Shown here piece by piece: positions 10,066 through 19,234 of a stretch of DNA of 64,000 nt. Source of the stretch: Candidatus Melainabacteria bacterium 17Bon1m (lineage in GTDB: Bacteria > Cyanobacteriota > Vampirovibrionia > Obscuribacterales > Obscuribacteraceae). The notes beneath the pieces were generated by a model, which saw nothing but the letters and a program-made list of their open reading frames with translations, did not search any database and was not told the origin of the DNA. A program made the position numbers and the translations under genes. Each line of letters starts with the position of its first letter. Positions within the stretch are counted from its first letter, which is position 1. The DNA is taken from NCBI GenBank assembly GCA_032128875.1, contig JAVLKG010000009.1:1-64000 (forward strand), read 5' to 3'.

Positions 10066-10560
10066 TTACTGTCCGCCTAGGACCTTGGTAAACCAGTCGA
10101 TACCCTTCTGTCTCTGCTCGGGTGGCATTTGTTCTTGCGCGTCTTGAATGATACCGGCAATGGTGACCTTTGCTAACTCGTCACGCCACGCTTTTTCCGC
10201 TCGATACATCGCAGTTGCGATATTGCATGGACGCTTGTAGTTGGACTTATCCACAGAGCTCGGACCCTGTTGTCGAATCTCCATGCAGCGAAAACAGTGG
10301 TCATCGCCCTCAATTGCTACATAGACGTCCAGCAAGGTGATCTGATCTGCCGGGCGGGCGAGTTTGTACCCCCCGCCTGGTCCTGTAGTGGCTTCCACCA
10401 GATTTGCGCGTGAAAGCGCCTGCAATTGCTTCCTTAAATAAGCAGTCGGCAATTCATAAAATTCGGCCATCCTTTCTATGCGAAGGGTGAGACCCTCCGG
10501 CAGCGCCCCCAAAAGCGACAGGCTGTGAATTGACCATTCGATTCCCTGAGTTAATTTCAT
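10066..10560 (-). CDS. Rrf2 family regulator, RsrR-like [2Fe-2S] type
   Basis: E8-W9-H12 in MKLTQGIEWSIH, GPGGGYKLARPADQITLLDV, FRCMEIRQQGP, RPCNIATAM. Confidence 0.92.
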   Translation of the reverse strand: MKLTQGIEWSIHSLSLLGALPEGLTLRIERMAEFYELPTAYLRKQLQALSRANLVEATTGPGGGYKLARPADQITLLDVYVAIEGDDHCFRCMEIRQQGPSSVDKSNYKRPCNIATAMYRAEKAWRDELAKVTIAGIIQDAQEQMPPEQRQKGIDWFTKVLGGQ

Positions 10561-10563
10561 AAT

Positions 10564-10604
10564 GGATATATTTTATCCGGAAAATTGTGGACAAATTTTG
10601 TCCA
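10564..10604. promoter_or_regulatory. Two tandem palindromic operators (GGAYA-N5-TRTCC), likely bound by the adjacent Rrf2 regulator
   Basis: GGATA-TATTT-TATCC at 10564-10578 and TGGACAAA-T-TTTGTCCA at 10588-10604, between divergent genes. Confidence 0.7.
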
Positions 10605-10704
10605 TGAATCTATCATAGTACCAACGGCTGGAAATTGGAGCCGGAAATTCAGAGAAATCGCGGATATCAATTCAAAGATTTCGCGGCAATCGGAGGACAG
10701 GGCA

Positions 10705-12087
10705 ATGACTAAGGTGGCGGAACAGCAACGAGTGGCGGTTATTGGGGGCGGATTGGCTGGACTCTCCGCTGCTGTCAATCTGGCGAAACATGGGCTAGCG
10801 GTCACACTCTTTGAGCGTTCTCCCCACCCGGGCGGGCGGGCGCAAACGACCGTAAAGGATGGCTATCACATCAATTTCGGACCTCACGCTTTCTATCTTG
10901 GCGGACCTGGACGACCGTTTCTCCAAGAGTTGGGAATTGAGCCACAGGGCAATCCACCCCCCACCGCAAATGCGGTTGCTTTCTACAAAGGGAAAAATCC
11001 AATTTTGCCTCTTTCAATAGGCACGATTTTCAAAACGAGTTTGTTTGGGCTTTCTGACAAACTGAGGTTATTGAAGCTAATGCTTCGCTTGAACTCAATC
11101 AACGAGAATGAAGTCGAGTCACTAACTGTCAATGAATGGATCAATGTCGATAAGGATCTCGCTCGCGGCAGCGACGCTTTAAAGGGTTTTGTCCGCACTC
11201 TCATTCAGCTATCGACCTATACTCGTGACACGGACAAAATGTCTGCCAGGGCGGGTCTTTATCAACTGAAAGCTGCCGTGCGTGGTGGCGTTTCCTATCT
11301 GCATGGTGGATGGGTACAAATGGTAGATGCATTGGCCGACAAAGCTCGTGATCTCAATGTTGAGCTCGTCACCGGCAGTGAGGTTATCGAACTCTCGAAG
11401 GACGCCACAACCGGCGCTTATACAGTGGTTTTTCACGATCGCACGAAAGGAACAGTGCGGGAAACATTCAACGCGCTTTTGATTGCGGCGCCACCTGATG
11501 TGGTGAAGAAAATTACGGCTACGGACAATATCACACCAGGGCAAATTCCTCTCCTTCTCGGCGGCAATGAGCTGGTTGACGTCAAAGCTGCATGTTTGGA
11601 CATTTGCCTTAGCGAGCTTCCTCGTCCGGAAATGACGTATTCGCTCGGTATCGACGAACCACTTTATTATTCAGTACACTCATCTGCTGCAAATTTGACT
11701 CCTCCGCATGGCGCCTTGATTCACACCGCCTATTATTTGAAGCACGGTGAGAATGGCACACCAGAAATCGAAAAGCGCCTCGAGGCAATGATGGATACTC
11801 TTCAACCTGGGTGGAGAGACAAGCTTGTATACAAGCGCTTTCTTGCCAACATCACGGTAGTGCACAAACTGGTCTCGGTTAAAAACGGAAAACTCAGTGG
11901 CTATTGGACGGAAGAAACAAACGAACCTGGAGTCTTCCGCGCAGGCGATTGGGTCGGCATTGAGCAGCTTGCAGATGCTTCTCTCGGTAGTGCAAAGCGG
12001 AGTTCTGAACTACTGCTTGCTTTTTTGAAAGGGGCGAAGAAATCAGATTCTGAGACAGCTGCACCTCGCACTTCTGTTGGTGTATAA
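10705..12087 (+). CDS. FAD-dependent oxidoreductase (phytoene dehydrogenase/amine oxidase-like)
   Basis: VAVIGGGLAGL dinucleotide motif, FERSPHPGGRA, GVFRAGDW; SD GGAGG upstream of ATG 10705. Confidence 0.85.
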   Translation: MTKVAEQQRVAVIGGGLAGLSAAVNLAKHGLAVTLFERSPHPGGRAQTTVKDGYHINFGPHAFYLGGPGRPFLQELGIEPQGNPPPTANAVAFYKGKNPILPLSIGTIFKTSLFGLSDKLRLLKLMLRLNSINENEVESLTVNEWINVDKDLARGSDALKGFVRTLIQLSTYTRDTDKMSARAGLYQLKAAVRGGVSYLHGGWVQMVDALADKARDLNVELVTGSEVIELSKDATTGAYTVVFHDRTKGTVRETFNALLIAAPPDVVKKITATDNITPGQIPLLLGGNELVDVKAACLDICLSELPRPEMTYSLGIDEPLYYSVHSSAANLTPPHGALIHTAYYLKHGENGTPEIEKRLEAMMDTLQPGWRDKLVYKRFLANITVVHKLVSVKNGKLSGYWTEETNEPGVFRAGDWVGIEQLADASLGSAKRSSELLLAFLKGAKKSDSETAAPRTSVGV

Positions 12088-12099
12088 CGAAAAATAGAA

Positions 12100-12129
12100 A
12101 GAGGGCGACGCATTTGTGCATCGCCCTCT
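12100..12129. terminator. Hairpin between convergent genes (likely bidirectional terminator)
   Basis: AGAGGGCGACGCA-TTTG-TGCATCGCCCTCT. Confidence 0.6.
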
Positions 12130-12163
12130 ATGATTTCTATCCTATCTATTGCGCTGTTTTTGC

Positions 12164-13141
12164 TTAATACGCATACTGTCTCTGGCGCATGTTCTTTTGA
12201 ATGGCGCGTAGCAATGCTTCACGCTGTTCGTAGCTGAGACCGCTCATATTGAGCGGCACGCGTTGATATCTACTCCTTGGTGCGAAGGCAACGGGCGGAC
12301 CCTGATTATCACTGTCCATTTGTCGCCCTTGCCATGGTTGACTAAACACGCGAGGTTGCAATCTAGCCTGTCTAAATTGGCTTGGTCCGTAGCTTCCAGC
12401 ACCTTGCGGTTGAAATCCTGGTGCTTGTGCCAGATGTCTTGTTGCTTCTGAATAAAGAGCTGAAATTGTGTTGATGTCTCTGTCTTTCAAGTATGGAGTT
12501 TGACTATCGTTCAACACTGCATACATGATGTCGCCAGGATTTTCCGAGTGACCTTCCATGCCGATCGCGTGTCCGACTTCATGCAGGCAAGTTTTATAAG
12601 TGTCGGTGTCACTGAAATTGCGCCCCATAAGCGAAGTTAACACAGAAATTGTTGAGCGCATGATGACTTGCTCGCCCGTGAAGCGATTTACGCCGACCGT
12701 GCTTTTGGTTTCACCAGCTTCCACACCGGGTCCATTCGGCTTTGCTACCGATGTCCAGGTGCAAGTAATGTTAGCTTGCTGTGGTGAGCCAACTTCCTGC
12801 CAGCTCACTTTGCCATTGGTTTTTTCTTGCCATTCACTGAATGCTTTGCGCATCATGTCCGGGTAATAATCCCTGTAGCCTGGCGTTCCTGTGCCATCCT
12901 CGATGTACACTTTGAGTGGCATTTTGTCGAGCGGCCAAACTATACGACCCATCCCTGTGACGTCAGAAACGTAGTTGGATGCGCTTCCCGTTGCGAATGC
13001 CTGAGGCTCCGCATAAGCAACAATATTGCTTTGCTGACCTTGAAGCCGGTTGTATGGAAGACTCGAAGCTTGTACAGAGTTTGCGGTAAACAGGGCGCAG
13101 AGCAGTGTTCCGAGGGCGATCGGAAGAGTCCTTTTTTGCAT
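12164..13141 (-). CDS. Secreted matrixin (M10) family metalloprotease with low-complexity C-terminal tail
   Basis: Signal peptide; HEVGHAIGMEGH zinc motif and Met-turn (GDIMY). Confidence 0.85.
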   Translation of the reverse strand: MQKRTLPIALGTLLCALFTANSVQASSLPYNRLQGQQSNIVAYAEPQAFATGSASNYVSDVTGMGRIVWPLDKMPLKVYIEDGTGTPGYRDYYPDMMRKAFSEWQEKTNGKVSWQEVGSPQQANITCTWTSVAKPNGPGVEAGETKSTVGVNRFTGEQVIMRSTISVLTSLMGRNFSDTDTYKTCLHEVGHAIGMEGHSENPGDIMYAVLNDSQTPYLKDRDINTISALYSEATRHLAQAPGFQPQGAGSYGPSQFRQARLQPRVFSQPWQGRQMDSDNQGPPVAFAPRSRYQRVPLNMSGLSYEQREALLRAIQKNMRQRQYAY

Positions 13142-13338
13142 ATTGTGGATTCCAAAGAATTGAGAACGTGATCGTGATATCACTCAGGCTCCACCCACCA
13201 GCGCCCAAGTATGAATAAATGACACCTATTTCTAGATTATGTTCCGAAAGTGGGAACCCAAAACCCCGTATTACGCCAAAGCCAGAGATTTTACGCAAGT
13301 GTAGATTTTGTGGGCATTTATAGATCCAAGATAGAAAT

Positions 13339-13623
13339 CTATTTGTCCCCAGCGATGGTGCCGCTGGTGGCGGCACTTTTCTGCAGCGTGGGGCTCAGAA
13401 AAAAACCGCCGACCATAAAACCGGCCGAAACTAAGCCGATTACAAATGGAATTAAAGTACGTTGCAAGTTCATGATCACAAAGACAAATTGAGCAATCGG
13501 AAGTAAGAGGCACGCTATGCCCCAACCGATATGTCGCCGAAAAGCAATGATAAGAATCCAGAGGTTTGAAACAGCAGCCATGACAAAGCCGAGAATAACA
13601 AGACCTATGCCAATTGCGTCCAT
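13339..13623 (-). CDS. Small integral membrane protein
   Basis: About three hydrophobic segments, AFRRHIGWGIACLL; SD AGGAG before ATG 13623. Confidence 0.7.
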   Translation of the reverse strand: MDAIGIGLVILGFVMAAVSNLWILIIAFRRHIGWGIACLLLPIAQFVFVIMNLQRTLIPFVIGLVSAGFMVGGFFLSPTLQKSAATSGTIAGDK

Positions 13624-13785
13624 TGGTATCTCCTTGATTGCTGGTTCGAAACAGCGCACTTCCATTCAATTTGCTGGCCGACGTTAACAGTTTAGTCCAT
13701 TAATCCGAATAGAATGAGAAAGTTTTGGACCTTGAGGGGGCGAAACAGTAAAAGGCGGGAAAGTGACTTCAAAGGACCGCTGATC

Positions 13786-14505
13786 GTGAAAACTCCTGCA
13801 AGCAAAGCGTTTGCCGTCATAGTGGTTGGAATTTCTTTGGCTGGTCCGGTCTGGTCAAAAGGCAAAGAAAGAGACTGTTGGATGCTGACGCAACTTAATC
13901 CCAACAGTCCGTATTCGCACTCGCAGATTGTGATTGTAGCTCCAGAGGGCGTGTCGATTCTTGCGGACGACGTGAAGCTCTACATGCCGGCGCCGGACTA
14001 TAAAATTTCCATCTATAACACCACGTCCAGGCAGTATTTCGAGGCGCCATTGAAAGCTTGGCTAGGCAAATTCGGAGCATTGCCCTTTTCCAAAACAGGC
14101 AAATACATGCAGCGATTTTCCACCGGAACCATTGGTGGGGTCGCTGCTGAGCAGTATTACATCATGCACGGCAAGGGCGCGGATGCTAGAAAGCAAAGAG
14201 AGGTCTGGGTTACCGGAGTTGTTAATACCAGCCGGCAGGTTCAAGAGATTTTGCAACACATGTGCGGATTGCCAGAGGGGAGCGTTGCGGGCGTGCCGTT
14301 GCGGGTCATTAGATTGCTGCCCGGCGGAAAGCAGGACGTGTTGCTGAATACCTTGTCAGTCAAGCGTGTTGCCACTCCCAAAGACTTGATGAAGCACCCC
14401 AGCGGTTATGTCAAAGTGCAAAACGAATTGGCGTTGATGATGAATTATGGCAAAAGTGACGAATTGAAAGAGCTTTTAGAGGGTACTACCAATAGTAGAA
14501 AGTAG
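13786..14505 (+). CDS. Exported hypothetical protein (DUF4412-like features)
   Basis: Hydrophobic N-terminus, TIGGVAAEQY, EVWVT, GVPLRV; start uncertain (ORF open from 13714). Confidence 0.5.
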   Translation: MKTPASKAFAVIVVGISLAGPVWSKGKERDCWMLTQLNPNSPYSHSQIVIVAPEGVSILADDVKLYMPAPDYKISIYNTTSRQYFEAPLKAWLGKFGALPFSKTGKYMQRFSTGTIGGVAAEQYYIMHGKGADARKQREVWVTGVVNTSRQVQEILQHMCGLPEGSVAGVPLRVIRLLPGGKQDVLLNTLSVKRVATPKDLMKHPSGYVKVQNELALMMNYGKSDELKELLEGTTNSRK

Positions 14506-14602
14506 GCGCCGGGAAGGGGTTTGGCGTCAGTAGCGTAAGCGCAAGCAAGCTTCCTGCTTTCAGGCATCCCGTATCGGATTTCCCACGGTTGCGTGACCTG
14601 AC

Positions 14603-16840
14603 ATGGCAGAGAAGCCCATAACGCCTACACGACAAGTGCGCGTCTCAGAGTCCGACTCGGACACTCAAGCGGGGCCGATTATAGAGCTGGGGGAAGAGTC
14701 CACCAGCTCTAAGACCTATTTACCTGCGAAAACCATACTTGCTGAGCGCTGGGAAGTGACAGATTTTCTCGGCGAAGGCGGCATGAGTTCTGTCTACAAA
14801 ATGAGACATCTGGCGATGGGGCGAATTGCTGCCGCAAAGGTGTTGCATCCTCATCTATCTTTTAACGACAAGCATTTGCAGCGTTTTCAACGAGAGGCTC
14901 AGGCTGCTAGCGCAATGAGTCATCCCCATGTAATCAGCATTTACGACTGTGGTGTTACGCCAGACGGACGTCCATTCATTTTGATGGAATATCTGGCGGG
15001 AAAAAGTCTCTCCGATGAGCTTAAGGAGAATGGAAAACTTTCTCTGGAGCGTGCTCTGGATATTTTTCTATCGATTTGCGACGGTATGGCGCACGCGCAT
15101 GAGAAGGGCGTTGTCCATCGAGATTTGAAGCCAAGCAATGTCATGCTTGTACAGGATCAAAGCAAAAGGGAAACAACCAAAGTCGTAGATTTCGGCATCG
15201 CTAGAGTGATTCCGAAAGAGGGCGCCGACGGCGAGGCAATGCACCAGCTCACACAGACGGGAGAGGTCTTCGGAAGCCCGTTATATATGAGTCCTGAGCA
15301 GTGCCTTGGGAAACACCCGGATCAGCGCTCTGATATTTACGCTCTGGGTTGTTTGATGTATGAGGTCTTGTCTGGAAATCCGCCGCTGAAAGGCGAAAGT
15401 TTTCTCGAAACCATGCACATGCAAATGCAGGAAGTGCCAAAGCCTTACCTGAAGCAAAGGATTTCGAATTCGAGAGATAAAGCTGTCGAAGGCGTAATCT
15501 TAAAGTGTCTGGCGAAAAATCCTGCAGATAGATATGGCACCATGCAAGAACTGCGTAAGGACTTGGCGCAGGCGGCGCGTGGTTCGTCCGTTTTCGGCTT
15601 TTTGAAAACCCAGGCAGGGCGCGAATTATTTAAACGTTTCCGAAGTGCAAAAAAGAAAGAAATCAACTTTGTTCGACTTGTTTCAATCATTGCAATTGTA
15701 CTTGTGCCTATATTGTTCTACGCAGTTTCTCAATTCCATGTAGTCTCTCAATTCGATCAAATCTCTTCTGGTGTAGACACAATGCATGCGCAGTATTGGC
15801 AGAATCAGCGCGCTTATCTAAAGAAGAAGACTTCTACCGATGAAGAGGCTCTGAAATTAAAACTCTTGCAAATGTCCGTTAAGGCTGAGAAGCTAAAACT
15901 TGCAGCAAGTGGTATCACCTACCTGCAAATTTTTACCAAACATCTGCGTATTGTTGCTGACAGCCTTTTCGAAGGCGGTGATTACCGCGGCGCCATCGCG
16001 ACTTTGGACGATTTGACGTATCAGCAAAGTAAATTTCCAGAAGTAGCTTTGCCAATCTCGAATCTAATTCTTCTGCAAAAGGCTAAGTGCCTGTATTTTT
16101 TGGGTCAAACACAAGCCGCTGACCAGGCGTTTAGCAAAGCATTTTCCTTCGCTGAGAATTGGTCGGTGCGTGACAACAAGATTGACTATTTGAAAGGCTT
16201 TGACATGTATGGCGACATGCTGATGAGAAGCCGTCAACCTGACTATGAGCGAATTGCTTATGTCTACGGTAAAGCCGCTGCTTGGGCAATTTCTTCTGAC
16301 CCTGTCGCGAAAGGCACCGAGCCGAATTATGATTTTTACTTCCTATTTGCAAATCTAGAAGCTGATGCGATGCGTGTTCTTGGTAATCCGACCGATCCCA
16401 AAGAGCGCGCATACGTTGCGAAATACAATGAGGTTTATGAGGGCGACGAAGACATACTTCCTGGTGATGAACACACGCGAGATAAGAATCTCGGTTTGTT
16501 GAAACGGATGTCGCCCACGCTCTGGAGAACTCGTCAGGTGTACAAAGATATTGCGGCACAAATGAAAAGCGACAATGTGATTGTCACTGATCTTCAACGC
16601 TGCATGTTCTGGTGGGGCAAAGGTTGCACGGATTTGAAATTTGGAATCAGGCACTCGACAAGGGAGTTGGAAGAGGCGCTCAAGTTTGTTAGCACTGCGA
16701 AATTGAAGGATCCCAAAGATGTCGAGTCGCAAATCCGCAAAGACATAATTCTTTCTCGCGCAGAGCCGAATCCGATTAAGTTGTTTATGGACAAGTACGC
16801 TGCAGTAGATGTTTGGCGCAGCCGCCTTGTCGAGAAGTAA
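14603..16840 (+). CDS. Membrane-anchored Hanks-type Ser/Thr protein kinase with TPR-like C-terminal domain
   Basis: LGEGGMSSVY, AAKV, HRDLKPSN, DFG, GSPLYMSPEQ, SDIYALG; one TM segment (LVSIIAIVLVPILFYAV). Confidence 0.92.
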   Translation: MAEKPITPTRQVRVSESDSDTQAGPIIELGEESTSSKTYLPAKTILAERWEVTDFLGEGGMSSVYKMRHLAMGRIAAAKVLHPHLSFNDKHLQRFQREAQAASAMSHPHVISIYDCGVTPDGRPFILMEYLAGKSLSDELKENGKLSLERALDIFLSICDGMAHAHEKGVVHRDLKPSNVMLVQDQSKRETTKVVDFGIARVIPKEGADGEAMHQLTQTGEVFGSPLYMSPEQCLGKHPDQRSDIYALGCLMYEVLSGNPPLKGESFLETMHMQMQEVPKPYLKQRISNSRDKAVEGVILKCLAKNPADRYGTMQELRKDLAQAARGSSVFGFLKTQAGRELFKRFRSAKKKEINFVRLVSIIAIVLVPILFYAVSQFHVVSQFDQISSGVDTMHAQYWQNQRAYLKKKTSTDEEALKLKLLQMSVKAEKLKLAASGITYLQIFTKHLRIVADSLFEGGDYRGAIATLDDLTYQQSKFPEVALPISNLILLQKAKCLYFLGQTQAADQAFSKAFSFAENWSVRDNKIDYLKGFDMYGDMLMRSRQPDYERIAYVYGKAAAWAISSDPVAKGTEPNYDFYFLFANLEADAMRVLGNPTDPKERAYVAKYNEVYEGDEDILPGDEHTRDKNLGLLKRMSPTLWRTRQVYKDIAAQMKSDNVIVTDLQRCMFWWGKGCTDLKFGIRHSTRELEEALKFVSTAKLKDPKDVESQIRKDIILSRAEPNPIKLFMDKYAAVDVWRSRLVEK

Positions 16841-16938
16841 GTGGCTTAAATCACGGACGCAGAAAGTAATAAAAGCCCCTGTCCGCAGCCATTTTTGGTA
16901 TAAATCAAGACTTCTTACGCGGACGGAAGGAGATTGTC

Positions 16939-17574
16939 ATGCTTACTTTGATGAAGCCTGAAATCGAGCAATACGCTCGTCAAAAGACCGCCTCACATGG
17001 CGATCTTCTTGAAAAACTGGCAGCCGAAACCCAAGAATCGATGCCAATGCCCGAGATGCTCACAGGACCTCTGGAAGGGCGTTTTCTAAAGCAGATGGTT
17101 ATGGTCACAGGTGCTAAAAGAATCCTGGAAGTCGGTATGTACACCGGCTATTCGGCGCTTTCGATGGCTGAAGGTCTGCCCGATGGCGGCGAGCTGATTA
17201 CTCTTGAGATCGATGACAAGGCAATTGCTTTTGCCAGCAAATACTTTGAAAGCAGCCCACATGGCAAAAAGATCAAAATCATGAAGGGTGCCGGTCTTGA
17301 TTCGATCAAGCAATTGACAGGCGAGTTTGATCTCGTCTTCATTGACGCTGACAAAGTCAATTACAGCAACTACTACGAAGCAATCTTGCCGAAGCTGAAG
17401 AAGGGCGGCGTTATTCTCGTGGACAACGTGCTGTACAGCGGCGAAGTGCTCGACCCGCAAAGCGAAAATGCGAAAGCTATACACGCTTTCAACGAGTTGG
17501 TCAGCAAAGACCCGCGCGTTGAGAAAGTTCTGCTCACAATTAGAGACGGCGTTTACTTCATCGTTAAGAAGTAG
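16939..17574 (+). CDS. SAM-dependent O-methyltransferase (COMT/caffeoyl-CoA type)
   Basis: ILEVGMYTGYS, FDLVFIDADK, VDNVL, IRDG; SD AGGAG. Confidence 0.92.
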   Translation: MLTLMKPEIEQYARQKTASHGDLLEKLAAETQESMPMPEMLTGPLEGRFLKQMVMVTGAKRILEVGMYTGYSALSMAEGLPDGGELITLEIDDKAIAFASKYFESSPHGKKIKIMKGAGLDSIKQLTGEFDLVFIDADKVNYSNYYEAILPKLKKGGVILVDNVLYSGEVLDPQSENAKAIHAFNELVSKDPRVEKVLLTIRDGVYFIVKK

Positions 17575-17698
17575 ACCGAGACGCCCGCTTGCAACGGCGA
17601 TGGGCCGGAGCGCCGGCTTCCAGCCGGCAATGTCCGAATCGATGGCTTCCCGCCAATAAGTTAGAAGTTCAACGGAAATTCGAAGAGAGGTTTTTGGA

Positions 17699-19102
17699 AT
17701 GAAACGCACCAGAGTGGTTGAAGCACTTGATGCAAAAATGATCGGAGAGAAAATCAAACTCTGCGGCTGGGTTCGAACCAGGCGCGATTCCAAAGGCGGC
17801 TTTTCGTTTTTCGAATTGAATGATGGTTCGTCAATGAAGTCGGTGCAGATTGTTGCACCGGCTGAGTTGCCGAATTACGAATCAGAGCTTTTGAAGACAG
17901 GCATCGGCAGCAGTATCGAAGTGCACGGCGATGTTGTTGAGTCGCTCGGCAAAGGACAAGCGACTGAAGTAAAAGCGACCGAAATCCGTGTACTTGGCTA
18001 TGCAGATCCTGCAACGTTCCCCCTGCAAAAGAAGGGAACCTCAATGGAGTATCTCCGCACCATCGCTCACCTTCGCCCACGTACCAACACATTTGGCGCG
18101 GTTGCTCGTGTTCGCAACGAGATTTGCAAATCGATTCACAATTTCTTCCAATCCCGTGGCTTCATCTATGTTCATTCACCAATCATCACTGCAAGTGATT
18201 GCGAAGGTGCTGGGCAAATGTTCCACGTCACCACGCTTGATCTGTTGAAAGTCCCGACTAAGAACGGTGAAGGCGCAGCAGAAGTAGATTATGAGCAAGA
18301 CTTCTTTGGTAAAGCAACAAGCCTGACTGTAAGTGGGCAGCTTGAAGCTGAAGTGTATGCCACCGCCCTTAGTGACGTCTATACTTTTGGTCCAACATTC
18401 CGCGCTGAGAATTCAAACACTTCTCGTCACCTCGCTGAATTTTGGATGGTAGAGCCGGAGATGGCTTTCTGCGATCTCGAAGGCAACATGGACACGGCAG
18501 AAGCATTCCTCAAATCTATTTTCACAGACGTAATGAACAACTGCGCAGAAGACATGGCTTTCTTCAACGAACGCATCGACAAGACTGTTTTGGAAACATT
18601 GACCGGCATCGTTAACAGCAAATTCGAGCGTCTGTCTTACACGGAAGCCGTTGATGTTCTGAAGAAATCGGGTCAAACATTCGAATTTCCAGTCGAGTGG
18701 GGAATCGACTTACAGTCAGAGCACGAGCGTTATTTGACCGAGCAAGTCTACAAAAAGCCTGTCATTCTCTACGATTATCCGAAGGACATCAAGGCTTTCT
18801 ACATGCGCATGAACGAGGACGGCAAGACTGTTCGCGCAATGGACGTGCTGGTTCCGAAGGTCGGAGAAATCATCGGCGGCAGCCAGCGTGAAGAGCGTTT
18901 GGAAAAACTAGAACAGCGCATGATTGATTGTGGTTTGCCCCCGGAAGAATACTGGTGGTACCTTGATCTCAGAAGATTCGGAACCGTGCCGCACGCCGGT
19001 TTTGGACTTGGTCTTGAACGTACCGTTCAATTTGTCACCGGCATGGCTAATATTCGCGATGTTATTCCATTCCCGCGCGTTCCGAAAAGCGCCGAGTTTT
19101 AA
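17699..19102 (+). CDS. asnS: Asparagine--tRNA ligase
   Basis: GWVRTRR OB fold, [49 protein letters not shown]. Confidence 0.97.
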   Translation: MKRTRVVEALDAKMIGEKIKLCGWVRTRRDSKGGFSFFELNDGSSMKSVQIVAPAELPNYESELLKTGIGSSIEVHGDVVESLGKGQATEVKATEIRVLGYADPATFPLQKKGTSMEYLRTIAHLRPRTNTFGAVARVRNEICKSIHNFFQSRGFIYVHSPIITASDCEGAGQMFHVTTLDLLKVPTKNGEGAAEVDYEQDFFGKATSLTVSGQLEAEVYATALSDVYTFGPTFRAENSNTSRHLAEFWMVEPEMAFCDLEGNMDTAEAFLKSIFTDVMNNCAEDMAFFNERIDKTVLETLTGIVNSKFERLSYTEAVDVLKKSGQTFEFPVEWGIDLQSEHERYLTEQVYKKPVILYDYPKDIKAFYMRMNEDGKTVRAMDVLVPKVGEIIGGSQREERLEKLEQRMIDCGLPPEEYWWYLDLRRFGTVPHAGFGLGLERTVQFVTGMANIRDVIPFPRVPKSAEF

Positions 19103-19234
19103 ACCGCTCTCTGCAAAAGCATCGGATTTTGCATTCCATCTGTTATCCCTCCTTTGCGGTAGGCGCGAAACAGGCAGGGCATGGGCTTAGAGCCTCCAGT
19201 CGGCTGGGTATAAACCAGTAGACTGGAGGTAGGT

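Noticed and set aside
17086-17793. 235-aa minus-strand ORF
   Set aside because: Antisense shadow of the O-methyltransferase and asnS start; no recognisable motifs.
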